NCBI GenBank assembly: GCA_963704655.1
Contig: OY969927.1
Location: 864,001 to 928,000, forward strand
Reading direction: 5' to 3'
From: an uncultured Candidatus Babeliaceae bacterium
GTDB lineage: Bacteria; Babelota; Babeliae; Babelales; Babelaceae
DNA: 64,000 nt
In this document: piece by piece, positions 1-9,517 of the stretch
Position numbering within the stretch: position 1 is the first letter of the stretch
How the letters are laid out: the number at the start of each line of letters is the position of its first letter
Notes under the pieces: model-generated
Databases searched by the model: none
What the model saw: only the letters and a program-made list of their open reading frames with translations
What the model was told of the DNA's origin: nothing
Translations under genes and position numbers: made by a program

Positions 1-34
1 AAAGAGCTATTATATCTGCACTTTTAATATCCAT
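1..34 (-). CDS. atpA: 5' end of probable F1 ATP synthase subunit alpha (runs off window)
   Basis: ATG at 34 reads MDIKSADIIAL..., directly downstream of atpH as in the usual gene order; only 11 codons visible. Confidence 0.5.
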   Translation of the reverse strand, partial: MDIKSADIIAL

Positions 35-40
35 AATTTT

Positions 41-595
41 TTAACCTTTGTAACAGAATGCTTTAATTTTTTGAGCGAACGTTGACTCCCACAGATAATC
101 TTGCGAAATGATTTTCATACCTGCAATAAGCTGAGGATCAACTTCAAATTCCGCATCGATTTTTTTGCCCGTTAATGCCTTGAAACTTTCAATAATTTCT
201 TTTTGCTGATCCACCGTCACCGCATCTGCCGTTATAATGGTAGCATGCTGATAACCAATAACATTAAAAAAGCGTAATACTATCAACGAAATAATGCCAG
301 GCAAGAAAGACAACCGCTCATGATCAGCTAAAATAGTTATCAACTGTTCAACTGCCTGTATCAGTTCAGGACGAGCATGTGGGGCTTTATAAGAAAATGC
401 TTTTATATACAAAACCACCTGTTTTTCATGTTCTACAATTGCATGATGCGCAAAGAACGCTAATGTATGATGATGTTTTAAAAAATAAGCAAATGCTGAC
501 AAGGCCTCAAGATCAACCGGCTGCAAATGCTCTTTATAAATTTGCAAGAAAGCGCGCGTATATTTTTTTATAATCTGCTGACGTGGCGTTTTCAT
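41..595 (-). CDS. atpH: F-type ATP synthase subunit delta
   Basis: N-terminal KKYTRAF and C-terminal EVDPQLIAGMKI...WEST typical of delta/OSCP; operon context. Confidence 0.85.
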   Translation of the reverse strand: MKTPRQQIIKKYTRAFLQIYKEHLQPVDLEALSAFAYFLKHHHTLAFFAHHAIVEHEKQVVLYIKAFSYKAPHARPELIQAVEQLITILADHERLSFLPGIISLIVLRFFNVIGYQHATIITADAVTVDQQKEIIESFKALTGKKIDAEFEVDPQLIAGMKIISQDYLWESTFAQKIKAFCYKG

Positions 596-1104
596 GCTTT
601 ACTCTTAGATTCAGAATTGCCTGGTTGAGCCTGTTCTTTTAATGCTTTAATTGCGCCTTCAAGATACTGTTTACCATTTTCTTTACAATAACGAGTAAGC
701 TCGCAACGAACTTCTTGAATAACATCTGGAGCAAGTTCGTTATAAGCATGCTGTAACTTACGCCTGTAAGCTATTATTTTCTGCTGTTCTGCGTATTCAG
801 CTTGAACACGAGTCTGCTGCTGTGCTCGTTCATGTGCAAGCTTTTCATTAAGCTCATGCGCTTGTTTCTGTTGCTGAGAAATTTTTCTAAATAATGTTGT
901 CAGATAATCTACCTGTTGTCTGAACGTTTGCATAAATATCTGAACCGTGGAAAGTTTTTGCTGTAATTGCACCATTAATGCACGTTGCTGCTGTTGCTCT
1001 TGTAGTAAATATGGCCGCACAAACTTTTTGTAAATCATCCAAACCAAGTAGATATAAAGAGCATAATGGGCACATAAAAAGAAGATATTTATGATACTAT
1101 TCAT
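592..1104 (-). CDS. atpF: F0 ATP synthase subunit b-like protein
   Basis: N-terminal TM helix then long Gln-rich coiled coil; lies between b' and delta. Confidence 0.65.
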   Translation of the reverse strand: MNSIINIFFLCAHYALYIYLVWMIYKKFVRPYLLQEQQQQRALMVQLQQKLSTVQIFMQTFRQQVDYLTTLFRKISQQQKQAHELNEKLAHERAQQQTRVQAEYAEQQKIIAYRRKLQHAYNELAPDVIQEVRCELTRYCKENGKQYLEGAIKALKEQAQPGNSESKSKA

Positions 1105-1531
1105 GAATAATCCGCTTTTTTAGATATTCAGAAAGCTCTTTAACAAGCTCTTTTTTTGCCTGTTCAGAATAAACTTCTTCCAAGTGCCTTTCTGCCGCTA
1201 ACCCTTGCGTAGGCTCAGGATGAGCGGGCTTGCCGCTCGTGGTGAGCCCTTCGAAGCGGCTCAGGATAAACTCCGTCGAACCATGCGGCGCCATATGAGC
1301 AGATCGAATAAGCTCATCTTGAAGCGCGGCAAGTTCTGCCGCTTTTTCTTGGCGCTGAGTATTAAGCTCTTCCTGCTGTTGAACAGCAGCATTTTTAAGA
1401 GCAGCACGCTCAGAGTCAATTTTCATAACCAAAGCATAGGCAGGCTTTAAAAAAAATTTTGAAAGTATCCAGTAGGCACACAGAAAATGAACCATCTGTA
1501 TGACTAATGTCGCATCAAGCACTGAAGGCAT
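1097..1531 (-). CDS. F0 ATP synthase subunit b/b' with repeat-derived in-frame segment
   Basis: LDATLVIQMVHFL...ILSKFFLKP is a typical b/b' N-terminus; 1200-1288 is palindromic repeat sequence. Confidence 0.75.
   Translation of the reverse strand: MPSVLDATLVIQMVHFLCAYWILSKFFLKPAYALVMKIDSERAALKNAAVQQQEELNTQRQEKAAELAALQDELIRSAHMAPHGSTEFILSRFEGLTTSGKPAHPEPTQGLAAERHLEEVYSEQAKKELVKELSEYLKKRIIHE
1200..1288. repeat. Compound palindromic repeat (TTCGAC-N3-GCTCA family): inverted doublet with a nested copy, inside CDS
   Basis: aaccctt..aggctcaggatgagcgg then ccgctcgtggtgagc[ccttcgaagcggctcagga..]gtcgaaccatgcgg; matches intergenic copies at 22446, 26452, 29299. Confidence 0.9.
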
Positions 1532-1769
1532 AATAGATCAAAGCAGCAGCAACACCAACAGCAGCAAGTGACGATGTTTCGATAATAGCCAAGGACGTAA
1601 TCAAAACTGGAAAAAGCTTTGAACTACTTTCTGGATATTTGGCGACATTTTCACAAGCCTTTGAGCCAACGATACCCTGAGATATTGCAGGACCCATAGT
1701 ACCTATTGCAACAGCGAAAGCAGCACCTAATAATGCCGCGATTTTTACATAAGAGACAAATTCTTCCAT
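1515..1769 (-). CDS. atpE: F0 ATP synthase subunit c
   Basis: Two hydrophobic helices, GPAISQG...KYPE loop, conserved acidic residue in AIIETS. Confidence 0.92.
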   Translation of the reverse strand: MEEFVSYVKIAALLGAAFAVAIGTMGPAISQGIVGSKACENVAKYPESSSKLFPVLITSLAIIETSSLAAVGVAAALIYYAFSA

Positions 1770-1973
1770 AGAGCACCTTATATAAAGTAGACTTTTTTAT
1801 GAGCTATATAGTGTAACTATAAACCCTTTAAGTAGAAAAATCGATCTTTTATATAATTTTTTTTAATTTTTGTAAAATGCAAAAAAACATGATAGGCTCA
1901 AGACTCCTTCTAGATCGTTATTTTTACGATAAGCATACCAAATATCTATGCATTTTAACGCTGTAAAGAACGT

Positions 1974-3659
1974 ATGAAAACAAAAAAAATTCTAATTTTA
2001 TTGTGCTTCATAGTAAGCACACGGTCATATTCGAAAGAAATTTCCCCCATCTCCACCCTGGATTTTGACGAGATTAGTCTAGATACCCTGGATGATGAAT
2101 TTAATTCCCAATATGACAAAGAAATATCGCAACTATTACAAAAGTCATGTGCAAGCAGTTGCCCAACACCAAGCCCTTCAGATCTTGTGCAATTGGTAAC
2201 AACCGGGGTACTTTTTCCTCTCAAGCTTCAAAATCTTCTTCTATTTAATCCGTATAATTATACCTATCCTCCCGTTATTAGAAATTTACACGATCTGCCA
2301 AGCTTACGCCCATGGTACGGCTGCGAAGATACGCTATGCTTGTATGGCACATTCTTTTTAAATGAAATGTTCCACGCCAATTTTACTCACTGCGGAACAC
2401 ATCTTAAAGATTACTTATTTATTGCAGAAGAGGACGCTCTGGTTGGCGAACTTTCAAGTGCATTGCCAAACATTGCCCAAATAGTGCCTCTTTTTAATAC
2501 TGCACGGCTCCAAATGCACCGTCTTGGGGTTATGCTTGGCGCCTCTAAATGCTTTGGCAACTTGCGCTTTAATGCTGCTGTACCGGTCTATTATGCAGCC
2601 TGGAATTTTTATCTCACTCCAGATCAAGTTGACGCGCTTAATAACACACCATTTTTTAATGGCGGACAACCACTTCCAAATGACCAAGTTCAAACTGTTG
2701 GATTTGCTGTCTTTGATCCGAACACCTTTATAAACAGATATCTTGTAAGTGATAAATTTGGCATTGGGGATATACGCTTATACCTCGATTATCTTTTCTG
2801 TGGTGAGACACAGTGCCCATTTAGAATTGGTGGACAACTCACGTTGCCAAACAACACGGTAATACGCCATTCAATTATGGGAAATCAATTTAGTAAATGC
2901 TACCCCGGACCTGGATTAAACCTTGCCCAAATTGCTGAGCTTGTTTGCTGTGTAGGTGCTAATGATAACCCTGATTCACTTGTCGCTAAAAATGAACTTG
3001 CCGCACTTGGGCAAAGTTATGGATTACAATTTCTTGAACGCTTAAGCGCGACAGTTATAGAAAATCAACTGGGTCAGCGCTATGTAAGTTATGGCACACT
3101 GTTTGAAAGCTGGGCCGGCATAACAGATTACACCAATTTATGTATATTTTTTGAGTGGGACCAGTTTGTTAAAGGACGTGAGGATAGACCGGTAAGACTT
3201 GTTCTTACACCAAGTCAATCACTTGACCGCGATTACGCCAATGAGGACCTTGCAAATGATAACCTTACCTTCTTGCAACAGCGCACGATGAACCTTCTCT
3301 TTCCCCCTATTGCAAATGTTCAAGTTAAAGAAGGTGATATTTTCAAGTTCCGTGTTTATTCGCAAACAAATTGGCGCGTTGTGCAATGGGATATTGGTTA
3401 CGATCTCTGGTACCAAGCACAAGAACAAGTACTTACTTGCTGCAGCTGTGCGTTACCTAATGCGCAATTAGATATTCTTTCTGCAGCTCGCCCTGCCGCA
3501 TTACAAGGTAAAATATTTGGACATTTTAATGTTATAAAAGCTCCCGATAATGAAGAAGATTTTAGTTGGCGCCTGGGCCTTAAAGGCGAAGGAACCGTTA
3601 ATAATTACGGAATCGGCAAAGATTGGCTGATTGGCATAGACTTTGTTGCCGATTTTTAA
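1974..3659 (+). CDS. Secreted Cys-rich protein, probable outer-membrane beta-barrel
   Basis: Signal peptide; GIGD and GGQLTLP motifs shared with 36532..37773; ends IGIDFVADF (beta-signal-like terminal Phe). Confidence 0.55.
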   Translation: MKTKKILILLCFIVSTRSYSKEISPISTLDFDEISLDTLDDEFNSQYDKEISQLLQKSCASSCPTPSPSDLVQLVTTGVLFPLKLQNLLLFNPYNYTYPPVIRNLHDLPSLRPWYGCEDTLCLYGTFFLNEMFHANFTHCGTHLKDYLFIAEEDALVGELSSALPNIAQIVPLFNTARLQMHRLGVMLGASKCFGNLRFNAAVPVYYAAWNFYLTPDQVDALNNTPFFNGGQPLPNDQVQTVGFAVFDPNTFINRYLVSDKFGIGDIRLYLDYLFCGETQCPFRIGGQLTLPNNTVIRHSIMGNQFSKCYPGPGLNLAQIAELVCCVGANDNPDSLVAKNELAALGQSYGLQFLERLSATVIENQLGQRYVSYGTLFESWAGITDYTNLCIFFEWDQFVKGREDRPVRLVLTPSQSLDRDYANEDLANDNLTFLQQRTMNLLFPPIANVQVKEGDIFKFRVYSQTNWRVVQWDIGYDLWYQAQEQVLTCCSCALPNAQLDILSAARPAALQGKIFGHFNVIKAPDNEEDFSWRLGLKGEGTVNNYGIGKDWLIGIDFVADF

Positions 3660-3695
3660 AAATTATACAGCCCTTTTACACTAAGGAAACAGATT

Positions 3696-4322
3696 ATGAA
3701 TAAAAAAATTCTTCTTATTTCTGCGCTCTATGCGCTACCGTGCTTTGCAAAAGATCAAATTCAGATTAACGAACCTGTAACTGGTCACGCTGAAGAGCCT
3801 ATAACGTTAGAAATAGCGGGTCTTGGCGCACTTGACCATAGCGGCATGGTAAACATTAGCAAGATTGCCGAATTTCGCGGCAAAGTTCATGGACTTATTA
3901 ATCATGTTTTTAAAGCTAAGGACCATGCATATATTTTACAAGAGTTTGTTGATTTGGAAATTGAAGGGAATCTTGACCCAGAGTTACAAAAAAAACTTTT
4001 TGATGCCTATACCAAAAAATTCTTGCAAATCTCACATTCATACTTTAATGACATTCGTCACCTTAAACCGATTCTTGTTAAAATTCTTTCTATTTGGGCA
4101 CATCAGCGCAATAGAACCGATTCATTAGTGCTGCTGTGGGCCACTATAGAAAATGGCAAAGAAGAACAATTTGTTAAAGAATATACCCCAACATTACAGG
4201 CTTTTTATACATTTTTATCTGATATTGATATGCTGTTACAAGATATTATGCATAGTTGCCCCAAGGCATACGCAAAATATCTTGAAGCTAAAAAAATAGT
4301 TGAAGAACAGCACCATAAGTAA
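3696..4322 (+). CDS. Hypothetical secreted protein
   Basis: RBS taagga, signal peptide MNKKILLISALYALPCFA. Confidence 0.75.
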   Translation: MNKKILLISALYALPCFAKDQIQINEPVTGHAEEPITLEIAGLGALDHSGMVNISKIAEFRGKVHGLINHVFKAKDHAYILQEFVDLEIEGNLDPELQKKLFDAYTKKFLQISHSYFNDIRHLKPILVKILSIWAHQRNRTDSLVLLWATIENGKEEQFVKEYTPTLQAFYTFLSDIDMLLQDIMHSCPKAYAKYLEAKKIVEEQHHK

Positions 4323-4344
4323 AATAAAAAAGAAAATTATCTTC

Positions 4345-6516
4345 ATGAGTGAACCGCAAACGGCACCTATTAAAATCTCGGGAACCATTGACCGGTTTAT
4401 CTACCATAACCAAGAAAATGGCTACGCCGTCTGCGTTGTTACTATTGAAAAGCAGCAATCTGTTACCGCTGCAGGCATTTTACCCCATACAACTGCCGGC
4501 CAAGAGGTCGAGCTTTTTGGTGAATGGGTGATGCATAAAAAATTTGGTCGCCAATTTGCTATAACCCAGTGTGTTCAAAAAATACCCTCTTCAATCACCG
4601 GGCTTAAAAAATATTTAGGCTCTGGGCTCATAAAGGGCATCGGCAAATCGTATGCAGAAAAGCTTGTTGACCATTTTGGTGACAAAATTTTACAAGTTAT
4701 CGAAGAACATCCGCGACGTTTACAAGAAGTTGCGGGTATCGGTGAAAAACGCGCTGAGCTCATAACGCAATCTTTTGCCGAACATAAAGAGGTTGCCCAT
4801 ATCATGGTCTTTTTACAAGGTTACGGTATATCGCCAGCTTATGCTGCAAAAATCTATAAACAGTACCGTGGCCGCACCATTGATATTCTTAAAGAAAATC
4901 CATACCGGCTTGCAGATGAAGTGTGGGGAATCGGCTTTAAACTTGCCGATGAAATCGCATTAAAATTAGGCTTTCAAAAAGATACCCCAAAGCGCATCTG
5001 TGCAGGGATTATTTATGCATTTCAGCTCAATGCGCAATCTGGCCATAGCTATACACTGCGCGAAGAGCTTATTACAAAAGCTGCACAACTTTTAGAATGT
5101 GATACTGACACGGTAACAACTTCACTTGAAGATTTACTTGCGCAAGAACGCATTAAGCAGATAATTTTTCATGGAAAACAGTACTGTGCGCTTATGGCAC
5201 ACTATAACGCCGAACGCTCTGTAGCGCAAAAAATACGTGACCTGTTAAGTTATCAACATGCCAATACCGTCGATAGCGCAAGCGTTTATTCGAAGTTACT
5301 CACGCAAAAACCGGGCGAAATTGCACTTAATGAAGATCAGCAACGTGGCATTATGACAATCTTTCAGCAAAAAGTTACGGTAATTACTGGTGGCCCGGGA
5401 ACAGGGAAAACGACACTTATTCGAAAATTGTTATCGATATTAGAAGAAGAAAAGATATCCTATAAACTTGCAGCACCAACCGGGCGCGCAGCAAAACGTA
5501 TCACCGAACAAACGGGCAGATTTGCAACAACGTTGCACAGATTACTTGAAATCGACCCACAAACATTTTCTTTTGTGCATAATGAATCGAATGCCTTAAA
5601 GTTACAAATGCTTATTGTTGATGAAAGTTCAATGATCGATATTTTTCTTGCAAATGCGTTATTAAAAGCTTTACCGATGCACGCATCGGTGATATTTCTA
5701 GGCGATATTGATCAGCTGCCATCTGTCGGCCCAGGAAATTTTTTAGCAGACTGTCTTGCAAGCAGCACGATCGCACGCATACGATTAACGCATATATTTC
5801 GGCAGGCACAAAATAGCTTGATCACATTAAATGCGCATCGCATCATTACTGGGCAAGCACCTGTCAAATCGAGCCCCGACACACGCAATGATTTTATATT
5901 TATTAATGAGCCCGAACCAGAAAATCTATTTAACCAGATCACTCAGTGCTATAAAACGCACTTTAAAATACATGGCATCGCGCAAGAAAACAGTGTTATT
6001 TTAACGCCCATGAACCGCGGTGTTGCAGGCAATTTTACGCTTAACCATAACTTGCAGCAATTTTTAAATGGCGCACCGGGAAAATCTGTTTCACAGGGAA
6101 ATACAACATTTAAAGTTCATGACAAAGTTATGCAAATTCGTAACAATTACGAAAAAATGGTCTTTAATGGCGACTGTGGCAACGTAGAAGATATTGACCA
6201 TCAAGAAGAGATGGTCACCATACTTTTTGGAGATAAACCTGTTCTTTATGGCTTTGATGAGTTACATGAACTTATTTTAGCCTATAGTATGACGATTCAT
6301 AAAAGTCAGGGCTCTGAGTATGACGCGGTAATTATACCCCTTTTTATGCAACATTACATGCTTCTTGCACGAAATTTATTATATACGGCAATCACGCGTG
6401 CCAAAAAATTATGTATCATTATCGGTCAACCTAAAGCTGTTCATTGTGCATTGGCACAAGCAAGAACAGTGCAACGAGTAACTTTTTTAACACAGTATAT
6501 CGATGGCACTTTATAA
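4345..6516 (+). CDS. recD2: ATP-dependent RecD-like DNA helicase RecD2
   Basis: N-terminal OB/HhH region (IKGIG), Walker A GGPGTGKT, APTGRAA, IVDESSM, GDIDQLPSV, TIHKSQGSEY, LYTAITRAK; start placed at MSEPQ. Confidence 0.95.
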   Translation: MSEPQTAPIKISGTIDRFIYHNQENGYAVCVVTIEKQQSVTAAGILPHTTAGQEVELFGEWVMHKKFGRQFAITQCVQKIPSSITGLKKYLGSGLIKGIGKSYAEKLVDHFGDKILQVIEEHPRRLQEVAGIGEKRAELITQSFAEHKEVAHIMVFLQGYGISPAYAAKIYKQYRGRTIDILKENPYRLADEVWGIGFKLADEIALKLGFQKDTPKRICAGIIYAFQLNAQSGHSYTLREELITKAAQLLECDTDTVTTSLEDLLAQERIKQIIFHGKQYCALMAHYNAERSVAQKIRDLLSYQHANTVDSASVYSKLLTQKPGEIALNEDQQRGIMTIFQQKVTVITGGPGTGKTTLIRKLLSILEEEKISYKLAAPTGRAAKRITEQTGRFATTLHRLLEIDPQTFSFVHNESNALKLQMLIVDESSMIDIFLANALLKALPMHASVIFLGDIDQLPSVGPGNFLADCLASSTIARIRLTHIFRQAQNSLITLNAHRIITGQAPVKSSPDTRNDFIFINEPEPENLFNQITQCYKTHFKIHGIAQENSVILTPMNRGVAGNFTLNHNLQQFLNGAPGKSVSQGNTTFKVHDKVMQIRNNYEKMVFNGDCGNVEDIDHQEEMVTILFGDKPVLYGFDELHELILAYSMTIHKSQGSEYDAVIIPLFMQHYMLLARNLLYTAITRAKKLCIIIGQPKAVHCALAQARTVQRVTFLTQYIDGTL

Positions 6517-7684
6517 GGGACTCTTATTACTGTTATTTACCAGCTTAGCTTTTGTATGCGGTGCTTTGTGGTACGCTGTACATACGGAAATTATTATTTT
6601 TAGTGTTCCTGCTTTTGCAGAATTTACGGTACAACAAACAGATAAAAAAACGATAGCGCTTTTTTGGTACACAGAAAAAGAAAAAATTGAAGAAAATAGC
6701 GATTGTATCTGGTCCAAAAGCAACAGTCAAAATATCAACACCGTTATTTCAACCTGGCTCTCGTGCATGCAAGATGAAGATTTGCTTGATAAGCGCATTA
6801 AACTCGAAGCGGTTGCACTTACTCCTGCAGGTAATGAAGCATGCGTATCATTTTCGCATACTCTTTTTGAACAACAGCAGAATAGTATAAAAAAATGGTA
6901 TATTCTTGAGTCTCTTTTTGCTACCTTAAAGCCGCTTTTTCCAGAACTTAAAATTATTCGATTACTTGTGCATTACCAACCACTTTATGATGAACAAATC
7001 GATTGTTCGGTGAGCCTGCCTATTACCACATTTATGCAAGATAATGAAATTAAAGCAAAATCATGGCCTGCCCTTCGAAGCTTTAGCGAAGTAGGGCACC
7101 AAAATAAGCAGAAATATACGCTGGTTATCCACCCTGCTGGTGATAAAAACAAAACGGGCCGTGTTATTGCGCGCGAATTTGAACGCAAACTTACGCGCCA
7201 ATTAGCACAAGAAATTAAGCAGATGTTAGAAAGTTCAGGGCAATTCACCGTAGCTATTACGCATGATATTGGCCAACAGATTGAGCAAGAAGAATCTGCT
7301 TCACGAGCAAATAGACTTTGTGCCGATGCGTATATACATTTGAACTGTTTTGAAAGTAAAAAGATATTGCCAGAAATAATCTGTTATTTCCCGCTGTATA
7401 ACCCGGCAACGGATTTTTGGCATAAAAAAAGAGACCCGTTAAGTCTCCAACCCATTGATAAAGCATATCTTACTAACATTAATGTCAGCTTAGCATTATG
7501 CAAAACTATCACTGAAAATCTCAAAATTATTGGCGACCAAAGGTATATTATTCATCGCCCTTATGGACTGCCACTTACACCACTCATTGGCGTTCAAACA
7601 CCAAGCTGCGTTATTGAGTGCGGCATACAAAAGCCCGAGCACATTACAGAAATTGCTTCCATAATCGCCCGGGCTTTAATTTAA
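6503..7684 (+). CDS. Membrane-anchored GerMN-like plus divergent N-acetylmuramoyl-L-alanine amidase (Amidase_3) domain protein
   Basis: N-terminal TM; C-terminal RANRLCADAYIHL, PSCVIECG resemble Amidase_3; first Zn-ligand motif altered. Confidence 0.6.
   Translation: MALYKGLLLLLFTSLAFVCGALWYAVHTEIIIFSVPAFAEFTVQQTDKKTIALFWYTEKEKIEENSDCIWSKSNSQNINTVISTWLSCMQDEDLLDKRIKLEAVALTPAGNEACVSFSHTLFEQQQNSIKKWYILESLFATLKPLFPELKIIRLLVHYQPLYDEQIDCSVSLPITTFMQDNEIKAKSWPALRSFSEVGHQNKQKYTLVIHPAGDKNKTGRVIAREFERKLTRQLAQEIKQMLESSGQFTVAITHDIGQQIEQEESASRANRLCADAYIHLNCFESKKILPEIICYFPLYNPATDFWHKKRDPLSLQPIDKAYLTNINVSLALCKTITENLKIIGDQRYIIHRPYGLPLTPLIGVQTPSCVIECGIQKPEHITEIASIIARALI
7065..7096. repeat. 32-bp palindromic repeat (CTTCGAAGCTTTAGCGAAG family), inside CDS
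   Basis: ggcctgcccttcgaagctttagcgaagtaggg identical to 25314-25345. Confidence 0.9.
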
Positions 7685-7703
7685 ATGTGATATATAAAAA
7701 AAG

Positions 7704-8015
7704 TTATGAAGCAGGTTCTAAAGATATCTTTGAAGCCTGATATGCCCAAACGCCAAAAAGCGTTGCGAAACTTAACTCTAAAAGGGCTAATGGCGAACCA
7801 TTCTGCATATCGATAATACCTTTAAAGGCCAAAACTACAGATAAGATAGCTTCAACTGCACCATCGTCAATAATTTCTTGCTTTTCAACGGCTTTTTTCC
7901 ATTCATCAACAATAGGAGTCCGATCACTCAAATTGGTAATCCTGGCTGCCGCCTGAACTGAAGTACCTAATCCAAAAGTTATAATACTTATTAAAACTAA
8001 TAATGCTTTTTTCAT
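7704..8015 (-). CDS. Secreted small protein with C-terminal hydrophobic hairpin (tandem paralog family)
   Basis: MKKALL signal peptide; KGIID...LALLELSFATLFG aligns by eye with 8044, 8463, 10200. Confidence 0.8.
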   Translation of the reverse strand: MKKALLVLISIITFGLGTSVQAAARITNLSDRTPIVDEWKKAVEKQEIIDDGAVEAILSVVLAFKGIIDMQNGSPLALLELSFATLFGVWAYQASKISLEPAS

Positions 8016-8043
8016 AATTTTCCTTATAAATTATAAAATTTTG

Positions 8044-8424
8044 CTAAGCTTGATTTGATAAGCTGTTAAGAGCCATATAACCCAAAGCTCCGATAAACGT
8101 TGCACCGGTAATTTCTAAAAGACCAAGAGGTAAAAGGTCCTGATTACCTGAATTTTTGATAACATTTCCTAAGCCGACGCAGATATCTGCAACACCTTTA
8201 ACGCCCACAACAGCTGCAAATAAACATCCGGTAATACCAGCTTCAAGTGTTATTTGTTTTGGGTTCTTTTCAAAAACTACAACAGTTCGCCCCCAAAAAT
8301 CGCTATATGTTTTTACCGTTGGCGGATAAACAGCCGCCGGAGATACAAGTATAGTAGCCGGGTGTGCTGAAGTGCTTAAACCAAGAGTAACAACGCCAAT
8401 TAAGGCTAAAAATGCTTTTTTCAT
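8044..8424 (-). CDS. Secreted small protein with C-terminal hydrophobic hairpin (tandem paralog family)
   Basis: MKKAFL signal peptide; KGVADI...GLLEITGATFIGALGY. Confidence 0.8.
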   Translation of the reverse strand: MKKAFLALIGVVTLGLSTSAHPATILVSPAAVYPPTVKTYSDFWGRTVVVFEKNPKQITLEAGITGCLFAAVVGVKGVADICVGLGNVIKNSGNQDLLPLGLLEITGATFIGALGYMALNSLSNQA

Positions 8425-8462
8425 ATTTTTTCCCTAAAATTTATTTTTTAAACTTATATATA

Positions 8463-8867
8463 TTATATTCTTGCTTTTAAATTAGTTTTGTTAGTTCGGC
8501 ATGCATCATCAAGTATTTTATAGCTTAATGCCGCCATAAATGATGTAATACCTATTTTTATAGTACCACGCGCTAAAAGTTCGCTATTATTTGAACCTGG
8601 GTTAAAAAGAGTACTTCCTAGACCCCAAGAAAGATCGAAAAGACCAGTAAGGCCCAAACTACTAAAACCTACAATCCCAGCTATCCCAATAAGACCTGCC
8701 ATTTCAGCTCCAACTGACGGATCAATAATAATAATATTCTCTATAGATTTAGGGCCAATTTGTTGTTCTCTCTGCTCTATCGCCTGTTCCAGTCTTTTTT
8801 CTACCGCCTGCACAGAGAAACCTAAACCAAGAGCCATTATACTGATAAAAGCTACTAATTTTTTCAT
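8463..8867 (-). CDS. Secreted small protein with C-terminal hydrophobic hairpin (tandem paralog family)
   Basis: MKKLVA signal peptide; TGLFDLSWG...RGTIKIGITSFMAALSY. Confidence 0.8.
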   Translation of the reverse strand: MKKLVAFISIMALGLGFSVQAVEKRLEQAIEQREQQIGPKSIENIIIIDPSVGAEMAGLIGIAGIVGFSSLGLTGLFDLSWGLGSTLFNPGSNNSELLARGTIKIGITSFMAALSYKILDDACRTNKTNLKARI

Positions 8868-8908
8868 ATTTTTTCCTTTAAAATCTCTTATTTTTAACTA
8901 TATAAATA

Positions 8909-8936
8909 ATTATGCACAAATAGCATTTTTTGTCAA
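8909..8936 (-). promoter_or_regulatory. Sigma70-type promoter TTGACA-16-CATAAT
   Basis: Read on minus strand upstream of 8867; repeated at 9407-9434 and 10099-10126. Confidence 0.65.
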
Positions 8937-8959
8937 TCTGCACTTAAAAACGCTGATTT

Positions 8960-9370
8960 TTAGCTTGCCATAGCATAATCTGCAAGAGCGCTACTTTTAG
9001 CCAGTGCTAAGATACTTGCTGCAAAGGCAGAAGCTCCAACGGTGCCTCCTAATACACTTTTCCAGCTTATATTTTTTGTTGGCTCGGTTGGATCAGGCTG
9101 TCTAGAGAACTCATAACGTAAAACAAGAAAAACTGAATAGACAGATAAAACCGCTGTTGAGGTTGAAATAAACACTATGCCGCCTTGAGTAAGCGTTTTT
9201 GGAATTGTTTTTAGCGCGTCATCAAAGATTTTTAGACCTTCGTTGACAATCTCACCCAAGCGCTCTACTGTCAGTCTATCTTCTTTTGAAAGATTAAATG
9301 TAAATGCTTCTGCAGTGTAACTAGATGAAACGCCCAATAAAAGTATTAAGCCAATAAGTAATTTTTTCAT
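8960..9370 (-). CDS. Secreted protein with two C-terminal hydrophobic helices; similar to 11323..12237
   Basis: Start placed at MKKLLIG; TQGGIVF and ASILALAKS resemble TQLGIVG and ASILGVLYS of 11323. Confidence 0.75.
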   Translation of the reverse strand: MKKLLIGLILLLGVSSSYTAEAFTFNLSKEDRLTVERLGEIVNEGLKIFDDALKTIPKTLTQGGIVFISTSTAVLSVYSVFLVLRYEFSRQPDPTEPTKNISWKSVLGGTVGASAFAASILALAKSSALADYAMAS

Positions 9371-9406
9371 AAAATAACCCTTTAATTCAAATGTATTTAT
9401 TATCAA

Positions 9407-9434
9407 ATAATACACTATTTGAATTTTTTGTCAA
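9407..9434 (-). promoter_or_regulatory. Sigma70-type promoter TTGACA-16-TATTAT
   Basis: Minus strand upstream of 9370. Confidence 0.6.
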
Positions 9435-9449
9435 TCAACCCCCATTTTC

Positions 9450-9480
9450 AAAAAAAGAGCCCCGGCGATTGCCAGGGCTC
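9450..9480 (-). terminator. Intrinsic terminator (duplicated module)
   Basis: gagccctggc-aatc-gccggggctc then T7 on minus strand; near-identical to 10143-10172. Confidence 0.85.
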
Positions 9481-9517
9481 ATAAACTATGTATTTTTGGG
9501 TACTTTTTAGAATATCT

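Noticed and set aside
1205-1450. Plus-strand 81-aa ORF, and similar ORFs at 22355 and 26360
   Set aside because: Antisense shadows that run through repeat DNA
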